Shown here: piece by piece, positions 63,666 to 64,000 of the stretch
Numbering within the stretch: position 1 is the first letter of the stretch
Layout of the letters: every line of letters begins with the position of its first letter
Source of the DNA: Carcharhinus longimanus
Taxonomy: Eukaryota
Direction of reading: 5' to 3'
Length of the DNA: 64,000 nt
Assembly (NCBI GenBank): GCA_030264375.1
Contig: JASCQW010000109.1
Location: 32,586,819-32,650,818 of the forward strand
Position numbers and translations under genes: made by a program
Notes under the pieces: model-generated
What the model was told of the DNA's origin: nothing
Seen by the model: the letters and a program-made list of their open reading frames with translations, nothing else
Databases searched by the model: none

Positions 63666-64000
63666 GGCGATGGCTTAGTGGTATTATCACTTGACTATTA
63701 ATCTAGAAATTCAGCTAATGTTCTGGGGATCCGGTTTCGAATCCCACCACAGCAGATGGTAGAATTTGAATTTAATAAAAAAATCCCTGTAATTAAGAAT
63801 CCACCAATGACCATTGTCGATTGTCAGAAAAACCCATCTGGTTCACTAATGTCCTTTAGGGAAGGAAATCTGCTGTCCTTACCTGGTCTGGTCAAAATGT
63901 GACTCCAGATGCACAGCAATGTGATTGACTCTTAAATGCCCTTGGGCAACTAGGAATGGACAATAAATGCAGGCCAGCCAGCAACACTCATGTCCCATGA
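63666..64000 (+). mobile_element. Second tRNA-derived SINE family, near full length
   Basis: A box TGGCTTAGTGG and B box GTTTCGAATCCC; core shared with 31268-31590. Confidence 0.85.

Noticed and set aside
1-64000. CRISPR array, operon or prokaryotic defence system
   Set aside because: This is vertebrate genomic DNA with no regularly spaced repeat-spacer array and no long bacterial-type ORFs. ORFs running through N gaps are artefacts.

Overview
This is eukaryotic DNA, almost certainly from a cartilaginous fish. The taxon is inferred from the many HE1/V-SINE and SacSINE1/Deu-SINE copies typical of sharks; the assembly is a draft with several N gaps. Two genes sit head-to-head around a CpG-rich region (about 5.4-10 kb). 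On the minus strand is the large first coding exon of an LRRC52-like leucine-rich-repeat gene (BK/Slo channel gamma-subunit family; 3204-2565, phase-1 GT donor, no second exon found). On the plus strand is the 31-nt first coding exon of a complexin gene (MDFVMKQALGG, 8566-8596), too short for the ORF track. No further complexin exon was found, so the remaining ~55 kb appears to be one intron packed with repeats: tRNA-derived SINEs of three kinds, CR1/L2 LINE fragments, two decayed Gypsy pol remnants, decayed PIF/Harbinger elements and MITEs, and Penelope-like elements with hammerhead-ribozyme motifs and ~12-bp target-site duplications. The most unusual object is a ~316-bp retroposed element at 39235-39550. 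It starts at nt 1 of U2 snRNA, breaks off after nt 39, carries a second internal U2 fragment and a unique body, and ends in poly(A) with a 7-bp TSD, making it a candidate U2-headed SINE. Also notable are an RE1/NRSE-like site overlapping the complexin start codon and a 3.5-kb Penelope composite that seems to enclose unrelated genomic DNA. Most ORFs in the supplied track are spurious. All calls were made by eye; repeat boundaries are approximate.
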